DNA of 64,000 nucleotides. Source: Blastocladiella emersonii ATCC 22665. Its lineage: Eukaryota; Fungi; Blastocladiomycota. The notes under the pieces were generated by a model. That model was not told the origin of the DNA. It saw nothing but the letters and a program-made list of their open reading frames with translations, and searched no databases. The stretch covers positions 558,001 to 622,000 of the forward strand of contig JANHCV010000013.1 in NCBI GenBank assembly GCA_025594325.1, given 5' to 3'. Shown here in pieces: positions 47,261 through 57,429 of this stretch; the stretch's first letter is position 1, and every line of letters begins with the position of its first letter. Position numbers and translations under genes: made by a program.

Positions 47261-48552
47261 TGAGTGAGTGTCGAGTTCCAAAATTTGAGCCGAGGAGCTA
47301 GCAGGATTTCGAGTAGGTTGAATTGTCCGCGTGCACACCGGCCGTTTGACAGTCTCACCAGCGCCTAGCGTATGACGTCGGTGAGCCACCGTTACGGCGC
47401 GTTCTCGCTAATCACCAGGCATGCGAAGAGCCCACGGTCCAGTCGACCCCAATTGACCCGTACCCGTGCAGGCCTTGCAGCGTGGGAACTGCGAGAAGGA
47501 ACAACCAAACTCGAGGAGACTACTCACGCTCCGCTGGTGCGTCGGCCGGACGTCGGGACTGATGCGGCCCAAACCGCCAGAACACGATCGTCCCGGCGCG
47601 GGCAGTGCGCTGGCGGGAAGTTATCCCACATGCGCTTGGACGGAGCTTGTGCGCGTCGCCCGAGTCAGGTATTCATGCGAAGGAAATAGTGCGAGTGTGC
47701 GATGGAGAGCGAGAGCACGGCGCGGCGGTGAGCGAGCGAACAAGGTCCAGCACCGCGTGGGAATCGCGGCCGCGTGATTGGGACCGCGTGCACGTCAATA
47801 ATTCGTGAGCGTCTGCCTCGCGAGCGTTCTGCGGGTCATCGGCGACGAGCCTGCTACGCGGACGAGTTAGACCGCAATTTCGAGCATCAAAGGGAAAAGA
47901 ACATGAGAGCAGTCGTCGAGATCCGAGAAGTAGGGACACGTCATCCGAGCCGCTTGCGAACTTGGTCCCGAAATCGCGAAAAGGTCAACGAGCACCACGG
48001 AACGAGCTGTCAGGACAATTTGTATGATGAAGGACGCGAGCGGGTGAAGCCGTGCGGCTCGGCTCGTCCCGTCAACCAGCACGTTGCTCAGGATCGACGA
48101 GCTGGGGCGAGATGCGTAGGCCTCGAGAGCGAACCCGCGGGCGGCTCTCAGCGACTATTACACAAGCGTCGGTCCAGTAGAACCAACCATCACGACCTGG
48201 ACCGCTCGCGCATGCGGAACGGCTGTGGAGGCGCCACGAGGAGCGGGACCGCCACAACGGCACGACCGGCAGCGGTACACCGAGCCCGAAAGCACCCCGC
48301 GGAAAGCCGAGACATAGAATATCTTTCCCCGAACCCGTTGCATCAAGTTTCCATCGCGCTCGAAGCGGTCGTCGTCGCGCTTCGTCGCAGAACAGTGAGC
48401 CACGTGCGCCGCAGCCGGCGCTCATCGGCGCAGCGCGCGTCGGGTCGGCTCCGTTCCGCCGTCGACTCCCTTCTCTCTCTCTCTCCCCGCCGCCGGTCTC
48501 ACCCGCCGCATATCATCTGAGACATCCTGCAACGCACCAACCCGCACCCGCC

Positions 48553-51105
48553 ATGGACTCGCCCGACTGGGTCCAGCAGTTTGCCGCTGCGCTGGTCGCC
48601 GCCGGCATGACGTTCCCGCACGACCACGACCGCGACGACCACGACCACCACCATCACCACCACCCCCACATCGAGGAGGAGGACGAGGAGGAGGAGGACA
48701 GCGACGGCTACTACACCGAGGAGAGCGACGGCGACGGGCACGACCACGATGATGATGATGATGACGATGAAGACGATGAGGAAGAGGACTCGGACGACTA
48801 CGAGACCGACGACGACGACGACGACTACGGGCACGCGTGCACGGGCGCGTGCCAGGGGTGCGGCAAGCTGTCGGCCGAGTCCTTCGCGGCGCTGATGATG
48901 GAGGTGGCGAACGTGATCCAGTTCCAGCGCAAGGTGGAGCCGGTGGACGCGCTGCGCCGCATGCCGCGGTACCGCGAGATCTTCGAGTCGTCGCAGATCG
49001 TGCGTATGTCGATCCAGGTCGGCGCCGAGGACGTTGCCATCAGCCTGCTCGACGAGCCCCGCATGCGCGCCGACATTGACGAGAACGGGCTCGACCTGCT
49101 CGACCTCGCCGAGGAGCGCGGCATGGACGACCTCGCCGCGCACCTGCGCGCGCGCCCCGGCATCGCCGCCCAGCTGCCCGGCGCCGTCAAGGACACAGTG
49201 CACTCGCGCGACCTCGCCAAGCGCATCGCGCGCCAGGGGAAAAAGTACGTACCGCGCGTCTCGGACGTGGTCACGGCGCTCGAGGCGGGCCGCGCCGACC
49301 TGGTCCGCACCATCATGACGACGCCCGGGTTCGACATTGACGACGAGGACTGCCGCGCGTTCATGGACGTGCTGTCCGACACGATGCGCGCGTACCCCGA
49401 GTGCCTCCGGGCGCTGCTGCTGCACCCGGACTTCTCGCCCACCGCCAACGACGACCACGAGCGCATGCCGTTCGTCATGTGCATGGCGCAGCGCGACGAG
49501 GCCCTCGCCGTCTACCTCGCCGACGACCGGTGCCCCGTCCTCCCGATCCTCAGCTCGGCGCTCCTCACCGCCCACCCGACCACCCTGCTCCGCTACCTCC
49601 GCGAGAACCTCACGCCCAAGCCGCGCGTACTCCCCGTCGCCGAGCGCCCGAAGCCGCTCAAGGACGTGCGCGCCAAGAAGCCCTCGCCCGCGTCCGCGTC
49701 CGCGAAACGCGCGGCCCGCAAGCTGCCCGGCGGGCCGCCGCCGTACGCGATGCTCGCCAACGCGCCGCTCGAGGTGCTCGACCGGTTGCAGCGGTTCCTG
49801 GACCTGCCGTCGATCGCGCGCGTCCGCCGCACGTGCCGGCTGCTCGCCGACTTCGCCGCCAACTACACGGCGCAGGACCACCTCGAGGCCCTGCTGCACG
49901 CCGAGACCCTCAAGCACCCGGCGACGGACCTGCCCAAGCTGCGCGCGCTGCTCGAGCACCCGTGGACGACCGGCGGCTGCACCATGCAGTACAAGGCGCT
50001 CGTGACGGCGGCCAAGCACCACGACGCGGACCTCGTCGCGCAGTTTGTCGGGTCCACCGACGTCGAGCCGCAGTGGCCGCTGCCGTCGACCGACACGCGG
50101 CGCGGTCGCCACCTGCGGTACGTGCTCCTGTGGGCGCTCGTCGAGGCCGTGTGGGCGATCAAGGTGCCCGTCGGGCAGGGCGCGCGGTACCAGATCACCA
50201 AGGCGTGCAAGGCGACCATCAAGCTGCTCGTCGAGCACCCGGCGTGCGAGTGGTGGCAGGCCGTGCACCTGGCGCCGCTCGGGTCGCTCCTCATCCTGCT
50301 CGACTGCATCGCGCCCACGGTCCCCGCCACGCCCTCGCCCATGACGCTCGCCCTCGCGCCCGGCCCGCGGTTCATCCTCGACACGATCCAGCGCCGCACC
50401 GACGCCATCGAGGCGGCGATCGCTGAGAAGCGCGCCGACGCGTACCACGTCACGTGGGCGATCGACGTCGCCCTGCGCATGCGCCGCCCCGAAACCGTCA
50501 CGCTGCTGCTCGACAAGGCGCGCAAGGTGCCGCGGCTCGGCGTCAAGTTCGTGGCGGGCTCGACGCCGTTCCTCAACGACAGCGTCGGCTCGTCCGGCAG
50601 CGTCGCGGCGCTCGACGCGCTGGTCGCGGGCCGGTCGCCGTTCAAGACGTGGATCCACGCCGCGACGTCGTTCAAGTCCCCGCTCGCGGCCGCGCTGCGC
50701 GACGGGAACACGGACCTGGTGCGCGTCCTGTTCCGGCGCACGCCCGAGGCCGAGCGCCACGAGCTGTTCCACTCGGCGCTGTCGCTGCTCCTGCACGAGC
50801 GCGTCGAGCAGGACGACCTGCGGATCCCGCTCGCCGAGTTCGAGCGCAAGTCGCTCGCCATGGTCGAGACGCTCGACGCGCTGCACGCCGAGTTCTTCAA
50901 CGGCGCCTCGCTCGCCGACAAGAACGCCAGCGACCACTGCGCCGATCTGGGCAACGAGCTCCTCTCGTACGCGGGCAAGACGGGCCGCCGCGATATCGCC
51001 GCGTGGTACCGCAACAAGTGCCCGCCCGAGACGCTGGATTTCGGGCTCGGGTACAAGATCCCGATCATCTCCCGCGCCGAGGCTGGGGCCGGGTTCTTCT
51101 TCTGA
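48553..51105 (+). CDS. Intronless 850-aa F-box protein with His/acidic N-terminal tract and ankyrin-like helical repeats
   Basis: Long ORF with strong GC3 bias; internal F-box-like LANAPLEVLDRLQRFLDLPSIARVRRTCRLL; ankyrin-like SPLAAALRDGNTDLVRVLF and ALEAGRADLVRTIM. Confidence 0.8.
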   Translation: MDSPDWVQQFAAALVAAGMTFPHDHDRDDHDHHHHHHPHIEEEDEEEEDSDGYYTEESDGDGHDHDDDDDDDEDDEEEDSDDYETDDDDDDYGHACTGACQGCGKLSAESFAALMMEVANVIQFQRKVEPVDALRRMPRYREIFESSQIVRMSIQVGAEDVAISLLDEPRMRADIDENGLDLLDLAEERGMDDLAAHLRARPGIAAQLPGAVKDTVHSRDLAKRIARQGKKYVPRVSDVVTALEAGRADLVRTIMTTPGFDIDDEDCRAFMDVLSDTMRAYPECLRALLLHPDFSPTANDDHERMPFVMCMAQRDEALAVYLADDRCPVLPILSSALLTAHPTTLLRYLRENLTPKPRVLPVAERPKPLKDVRAKKPSPASASAKRAARKLPGGPPPYAMLANAPLEVLDRLQRFLDLPSIARVRRTCRLLADFAANYTAQDHLEALLHAETLKHPATDLPKLRALLEHPWTTGGCTMQYKALVTAAKHHDADLVAQFVGSTDVEPQWPLPSTDTRRGRHLRYVLLWALVEAVWAIKVPVGQGARYQITKACKATIKLLVEHPACEWWQAVHLAPLGSLLILLDCIAPTVPATPSPMTLALAPGPRFILDTIQRRTDAIEAAIAEKRADAYHVTWAIDVALRMRRPETVTLLLDKARKVPRLGVKFVAGSTPFLNDSVGSSGSVAALDALVAGRSPFKTWIHAATSFKSPLAAALRDGNTDLVRVLFRRTPEAERHELFHSALSLLLHERVEQDDLRIPLAEFERKSLAMVETLDALHAEFFNGASLADKNASDHCADLGNELLSYAGKTGRRDIAAWYRNKCPPETLDFGLGYKIPIISRAEAGAGFFF

Positions 51106-51298
51106 GCTGTCGGTGAGTGGTTGTTTGTGGAGTGCCCGATTGGAGGCTGGGTATCGAATAATATTCAGTCGTTTTGTCATCTCAAACTGTTCGCATCTCA
51201 CTTTCTGAAGACTCGGTTGACATATTCGAAGTTGGCGTGAATCGCCGTGCTTGGCGCGCCGAGGAGTCGGAGCGCGGGACACGACTGTCTCTCATGCC

Positions 51299-52502
51299 TC
51301 ACGTGATTGATTGACGCGTCTCGAAGGGGCCGATATCAGCACGAGGCGCAAGTTCAAGGCCGAAATGGATGTATTGAGTGTCGGATGTGTAATCAAGCGT
51401 AATGCTCGCGAGAAGCCATAAGCGGATCCGAATCGCCAGTTCCGTGGTGTTCCCCCGCTTTTTCAGCATCTTGGCGCGCTTGAGGAGACTCGCGTACGAG
51501 TTACCGTGAGCAAGGATCACTGCGCTACCGTTGACGATGTGAGTGGCTGAGTAGGGCAGTTGCGGCGTATCATCCATGACGGGAACGGGGCGGATCGAGC
51601 GAGAGGGCAGGCTGGTCGGGTGCTGGATGAGCGCCATGGTCGTCTGTTGGAAGAAGTCGAGCTCGTCAGGCGCGTCGCTTGCGTCCAGATGCGGCTCTAC
51701 GCCGTCCGACTCGGGCTGGAATGCGAACTCGTACATGCTCGACAGCACCGCGCTCTGCATGTCGCCCCAGCCAAGCACGGCGAAGAGGAGGACGAGGATC
51801 AACAATGCAACGGAGACCAGAAGCTCCCACACTTCCACGGCGACGACGGTCAAGATGTACAGCTGCGGCCCTTTGCGATACGCATACGTCGGGACGTTGG
51901 ACTTGCCGCGGAGCCACCCGCCCGTTTGAGCGGAAGAAGTCGAGAACATGGCCCACCCGTCGTTGAAATCGGGCGCAGCTTCCGAATCCGACGACCCAGA
52001 GTAGCTCGCCAGCCGCTGTTGCGCGCGCGACAGCGCTGTCGACCACAGCCAAGGATGCGCTCCATCGCCGACGTAGCTCTGATCCAAGCACCGGAGCGAG
52101 ACGGGCCATGGTTGCGGCGCGTCCTGGACCATGCCAACGAGGTCAACGACCTGGTCGGAATACTTGAGAGTGTCCGAAATCTTGGCCGTGTCGATGTTCT
52201 TGATGTCGGTCTCGCCGAACGACTTGACCATGGTGCGGCAGACCTTGGCGCCGCTCAAGTAAGTCAGCAATGGATATGACGTATTCGTCAAGCGGAAGCG
52301 GGAAGTAGGCACGTCGTTGGGTCGGATCGCGTCGTAGTAACTCATTGCTCGGCCTGGACTCCTAGTCCCGTCCACCGTCAAAGTGCACGCACAGGGAGAC
52401 TCGCCGATGCCCGAGGACAAGGCGACCTTGACAAAGTCGGGGGTCGGAGGCTGGGAAGTAAAATTGAAGGCAACGGCTTAGGTGCTGTTGAGAGGAACGG
52501 TG
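51299..52502 (-). pseudogene. 3' part of a membrane-protein gene interrupted by the TIR element
   Basis: 373-aa ORF with a TM segment (VWELLVSVALLILVLLFAVLGW). The frame extends to the element edge through one TAA at 52478-52480. Confidence 0.7.
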
Positions 52503-52744
52503 CATCACCAAACCGCGCCTGCTGAGGCCCCATGGATCCAGGGTGGATCCACCTCGAGCCTTCCAGCGCTGGATCCAGCATTAATCTAGCGCTGGATCCA
52601 GATTTCGCAGACTGGACCCACCATCATGAAAGGTGGATCCAGCCTTGACTGAGATGAGCTGGAATGAGCTTCGCGGCGACCTGGATCGAGACGTTGATCC
52701 ATTTTCTTGAAAGTCGACCCACACCTTGATCCACGCGCCCTGGA

Positions 52745-53305
52745 TCAACTTGTTGTAAATGTAGTTCTAGGCGTCGATCTACGTCTATATCCAACTCTTG
52801 CGCAGGCAGAACCAGGAGCTGATCGACGGTGAACATGGTGGTGAAGGAACTCGTGCGAAAATGCATCGAAATGGTCGCAACGACCCAGAAAAGCATTTGA
52901 GGGAGCCGAACGCAACTCGACGTGTTCGTGCTGCTGCAGGATGAGCTTGAGCCCGTCACCAAACGTCGTGTTCGCGGAAGGATCGCGGTGGTCCACAAAA
53001 TCGAGCGAGTTGGCGATCTGCGGCATCATGAGCAGCGTGAGGCTCGCAGCGTCGTCGTACACGTTGATCAGGTACTCGGTGTACCCGCCCTGGTGCGCCG
53101 ACGATGGCCGGTTCCCGTTCGGCGCGACGTGAAGGAAGGCCGAGATGGCCGACAGCGGCACGATGTGGAATTCGCACGTGGCGGGTTGCGTGGGACGGAG
53201 AGCAACCGTCTGCCCGGCGTTAAGGCCCGGCGGAACGACGTGCGGCACCGACTGGTAGAGGTGGAACCGCTCGACGAGCGTGAGCTCAAGTTCAATGTCG
53301 TCCAA
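52745..53305 (-). CDS. Hypothetical protein inside the TIR element
   Basis: 186-codon ORF with coding-like composition (EFHIVPLSAISAFLHV...YTEYLINVYDDAASLTLL). No family recognised. Confidence 0.4.
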   Translation of the reverse strand: MDDIELELTLVERFHLYQSVPHVVPPGLNAGQTVALRPTQPATCEFHIVPLSAISAFLHVAPNGNRPSSAHQGGYTEYLINVYDDAASLTLLMMPQIANSLDFVDHRDPSANTTFGDGLKLILQQHEHVELRSAPSNAFLGRCDHFDAFSHEFLHHHVHRRSAPGSACARVGYRRRSTPRTTFTTS

Positions 53306-53837
53306 CTTAGGTCAGAGGGCCAGGTGCGCGGATACCGCTTGGCGACGCGCACCCGAGGCCATCAGCAAGCTCGAAGTCTTAACTGAGACTCATAAAGCTT
53401 CAAGATGCGAAAGCTCTCACGACCGCCGTTACGACTCTTCACGCGAGGGGAGCGCTGCGGCGCGGCTTGCTCGCCGACCAGGTCCGTCTCGGTCCACTTC
53501 CAAAGCTCACGGCACGGCCACACGCTTGCAGCGAGTGATTCATGGATCATTCATAGAGTGCGACGTCGCGGTACCGTCGCCGGGAGGAGAGAGCGCGGCG
53601 CTGCAGCGAAGCGCGAGCCGCAAAACGCGTCGAAGCCAACGCCACGTGAGCGCGTCGATCGTTTCAGCCGCGTTCGCTTTTCGCGGACTTCGCGCCGCGG
53701 CGGCTCGCACTCTCTCGCCCCACCACCAACAGCGCATCCGCCCAGCGCCGCCACGCGTCCGCGGCACGGTGACCCCACGGTACGCGTCTCTCCCCTTCTC
53801 CGAGGTCTCTCGCTCCTCGCGACGTGCATCCACAGCC

Positions 53838-55716
53838 ATGCCTCGAGACCCGCGATACGCCCTGCACGCTTCGGCGGGTCTTGCGCCTGCTGCGCTTGAT
53901 GCTCGCGCCGCGTTCCCACGCCCTCCGCGCCGGCTGTCCGTTCGCTCGCTCGCTGACGCGTCACACGGTCACCTTGCTCTCTTTCGTAGCCTTCGAGATG
54001 TACATCAAGCTGCAGCAGCGCTCGTGGGGGCCGTCGTGACGCACCCGCGTCGATCCTGACCATGGTCGCGACAAGGTGCGCCGTGTGCGGCTCGGTCTCC
54101 TGCTCCCACGGGCCGAGACTCACATGTTCGCGAACTCCATCGGTAGGACGCCAAGTACGCCAAGCGGCTACGACACGCGCCGCGCCTTCGCCCGCCAGGC
54201 CAACTCGTGTGCGACGCGCTCAAGGCTACACGGTACGGGCCTTCTCCTTCGCGTTCTCGGCGTGATTTGCGCTGATCGTGGGCACGGACAGGCTCCGAGC
54301 TCCCGAGCGACATCGCTCGTGTCGTCGGCCCAGATCCTGGCGACGCGGCCCGTCCGTTCGCGCCATGTGTATACTTCGCCCGATCCCTTGCTCACTTGTC
54401 TCCGCCACGTCACCCATAGCCTCGGTCAACCACGACAAGCCTCAACGGTGCCCCAGAACACGCGGCGAGGTCTCGCTGCTCGGGTCGTCGCTGGTCTCAA
54501 GCACGCGCCTGGCTGCACGTGCGAGTCCGAGTTCGAGGTACGCGACTCGGTCGGCGTGCTCGCGGACCGAGACTGACACGGTCGACTCGAGTAGGTTATC
54601 CAATACGTCAAGCTGCAGCGGTAAGGGTCGCCTCGTCGTCCGCCCTTGTGGCGCGCGCGAGGTCATGCGGCGTCGATCTCATACACCCGCATCAAGGACT
54701 GGAACCTCAAGTACAAGCTCGGGATCAAGGATATCGAGGCGTTTGGGAAGGAGGTACGCGGACGCGGTGTGGGTCGCCGCGGTGGCAGTTGCTGATGCCG
54801 CTTCCGTGTCGCTCACCAAGGCCCTGCAGACGATCCGCAAGCCGTTCAAGGAGAAGACGGAGTGGTTCGACCTCGTGCATCCTCACCAACAAGGTCGGCG
54901 AAAAGGAGTCGCTCACCAAGCAGTGGCTGGTTGGCGAGGCGCCCGAGGAGCTCCACCGCGCCACGCTGGCCATGGTCGATGAATACGACGACGCCGAGCT
55001 CGACATGGATTTCGCCGACGCCGACGTCGATGCGGCGATGTCGGTCCGCGCGTGCCGTGGTGCTCACCCGCTGTACCTGTCCTTCCTCGACCGACTCCTC
55101 TTTGGGCAGGCGAACGACATGGCCAACGCTCGAGGCTCGAACCAGTCGTCGCACGGTACGGCTTTGCTCACCAAGTCGCACTCGATCCCGTCGCTCACGT
55201 TCCGCACTGTAGCCAAGCGCATGGCCGGCTACGCGATTGTCAACGACCTCAAGCTGCTCGACATCAACAAGCCCTTCCCAATCGACGGGTCAAGTCCGGT
55301 GTGGCGCGTCATGGCCGCGGTCGCTGTCCTTGTACGTTTTGCTCTTGCAATCTGCCGGGTTCCTCCGTTCGCCTTCGCCCTCTCTGACTTCACCGCGATG
55401 CACGCTCGCCGCTTTCTACTGTGCATGGCGCATCACTGGGAGCGCGTACCAACAAGGTATCATTGTCGGCCTGACCAAGGAGGACGCCAAGGTGACGCTC
55501 GCCGACTACTACGACGCCTTCCTCGTCTCGCGTACGGGTTCGGTTTCCGTCGCCAAGCGCATCTACCTGGCCTCGCGGCTCCGCGCGCTGTTCAAGCGTG
55601 GGATCCTCAACATCAGCCTCGCCAAGATCGCCCAGCAGAACACGGGCGTCGAGACGACCAAGACCCAGGCGGCTATGACCGTCGACATTGCGAACGACAT
55701 CTGCCCCGACAAGTAG
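53838..55716 (+). pseudogene. Intron-rich gene of unknown function inside the TIR element, apparently frameshifted
   Basis: Many GT(A/G)CG...AG segments separate coding-like exons (FEMYIKLQQRSW; DWNLKYKLGIKDIEAFGKE; NDLKLLDINKPFPID; GIIVGLTKEDAKVTLADYYDAFL...DICPDK*). No DDE motif recognised. Confidence 0.55.
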
Positions 55717-56254
55717 CTGCGCCATACCACATCTCGGGTGGCGGGGTGTGCAGCGGGCGGTGCGAGCGCATCAAGGGCTGGTTCCCTTCCTTCACCTCGA
55801 CCTCTCTGCGCACTCCATGGTCATCGTTGTGGGGCGTACGCGTGTGTATATATTGAACCGTTCGACCCTTGATTCGCTCGTGGATCTTGAGTGCGCTTGT
55901 GTGGATTGCGACGTGGATCAGCGCCTCGACTCGGGCTATAACCAAATGGATCCACGCCAAGGTCGAGTTGATCGTCAAACTGATCGACGCAAGGATCCAT
56001 GTTTATCGTGGCCTAGTTCCGTGCCTGGATTGCGATATTACTTTCCTGGATCCAGCTCGCGATCCACCTTGACCAAAAGCTGGATCCATCTGAGAGGTCC
56101 GCACGGTTTGCGGGTGGATCCAGCTCGCCCAAGCTTGATCCACGTTTGATCCAGAAAAGTAATATCGGGATCCACATTCCCCCGAGGTCCATCCAGTCCA
56201 CGGCTGGATCCAGGGTGGATCCACTTCAAATGGCTGGGGCACGGTTTGGTGATG

Positions 56255-56800
56255 TGGCAGACGACTGAGATGTTTGGGTGCAGCAGTTACTGACCTTCCC
56301 GCTGAGCGACAGTCCCATGCCAGGAAACGTCACGTCGGGGAACGCACGAAAGTAAATTCCTGTGCCGGCCGCAAACTGGTCCGCTTTAGAGTCGGCGTCC
56401 CGCTGCTCTCTGAGGCAAAAGTGAGGAACTGGGAGCCAGCCTTTCTGTAGGACGTCCTGGACTTACCACAACGTGTTCGCCATTCGGACCCCGCGCGCGT
56501 TCATCGCTCGCTGCTCTGAGACCGGGTGCGCGATGCGGGCCACCACGGTGCCCGCGGAGCAGAACATCGTAGTCGGCGGCCCGGAGCCCGCTGACGCCGT
56601 CGTCGATGGTGTGGACTTGTGGGCGACGTCGCTTGCGCTCCACGATGGGACCAAGCCGCCCGCGCGCGAGACGTTGCGGGCGCTGATCGGCATAAGGGGC
56701 GTCGCGCTCAAGGCGGCCGCGGGCCCGCTCCCCCCATCGCGCGAGGGCTTGCCCGTGCAGTACCCAGCACGGTTCCTGAGGGGCGGCAAGTCCACATGCG
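56255..56800 (-). pseudogene. 5' part of the gene interrupted by the TIR element (true start uncertain, possibly up to ~57300)
   Basis: Frame ADQFAAGTGIYFRAFPDVTFPGMGLSLSGKVSNCCTQTSQSSA runs up to the right TIR and joins the 52502-side frame after excision. Confidence 0.55.
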
Positions 56801-57429
56801 GCGCCGTCGACTCGCAATCGCGCTGCGCGTGGTGTCCTGGATCATGTGAGCGCTGGTTAGCGAGCTGGGCGGCGGGATCTGCGTGTAGATCGTCAGCGAC
56901 ATGCGATCCTGTTGCTCCTCGCCGTGCTGCCCGCGCTGGACCTGATCTGCAGACTCATTGCGGGCGGACCAGCTCATTGTGGCTGGCGCGACGACGCGGT
57001 TCGCCGAGCAGCTCGTGCGTCTCGCGACGCTGAACTGGATCACGTCTCGCGTCGTGCTCAAGGACGACCTGGAGCAGCACAAGAAACGCGTTTGCGCCGA
57101 GGTGTCCGCGGCCGTGCCCAAGTTGCCCGGGTTGTAATAGCAGTGCCGCGCCGCGTCGCGCTGCTGAGGCCGACCGCCATCAAGACCGAGATCCCGCGCC
57201 GCGTGCCGCGCTTTCGTGGCGCGGACCGAGGCGGGTGCGCACCGCCGAGCCCCGCGAGCGGCTCAGAGTGCGCGCTATCCGTCGCGGGGCCGCGTCGCGA
57301 GCCGCCGTCGCTGCGCAGTGTACCGTAGTCGCTTCTTTGCATGTTCTCGCCCAATGGCGCACCGTGGCAGCGCTGCTGCTCGATAGATTCACACAAAACC
57401 AAGTCGGTCTATTATCCTGCCAGTCTCAC

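Larger units (their letters stand above)
52503..56254. mobile_element. Unclassified TIR DNA transposon (3752 bp), 17-bp TIRs, 2-bp TSD (TG), GGATCC subterminal repeats
   Basis: catcaccaaaccgcgcc (52503-52519) vs the reverse complement of 56238-56254 match 16/17. TG lies on both sides. There are 5 exact GGATCC in the left arm and 8 in the right. Excision restores the host reading frame. Confidence 0.85.

Noticed and set aside
48499-51282. 927-aa and 401-aa minus-strand ORFs
   Set aside because: Antisense shadows of the GC3-rich 850-aa plus-strand gene; Arg/Gly/Val-rich with no motifs.
54519-55856. 445-aa plus ORF as a single protein or transposase
   Set aside because: It reads through evident introns, mixing exon and intron translation; no DDE or tyrosine-recombinase motif seen.
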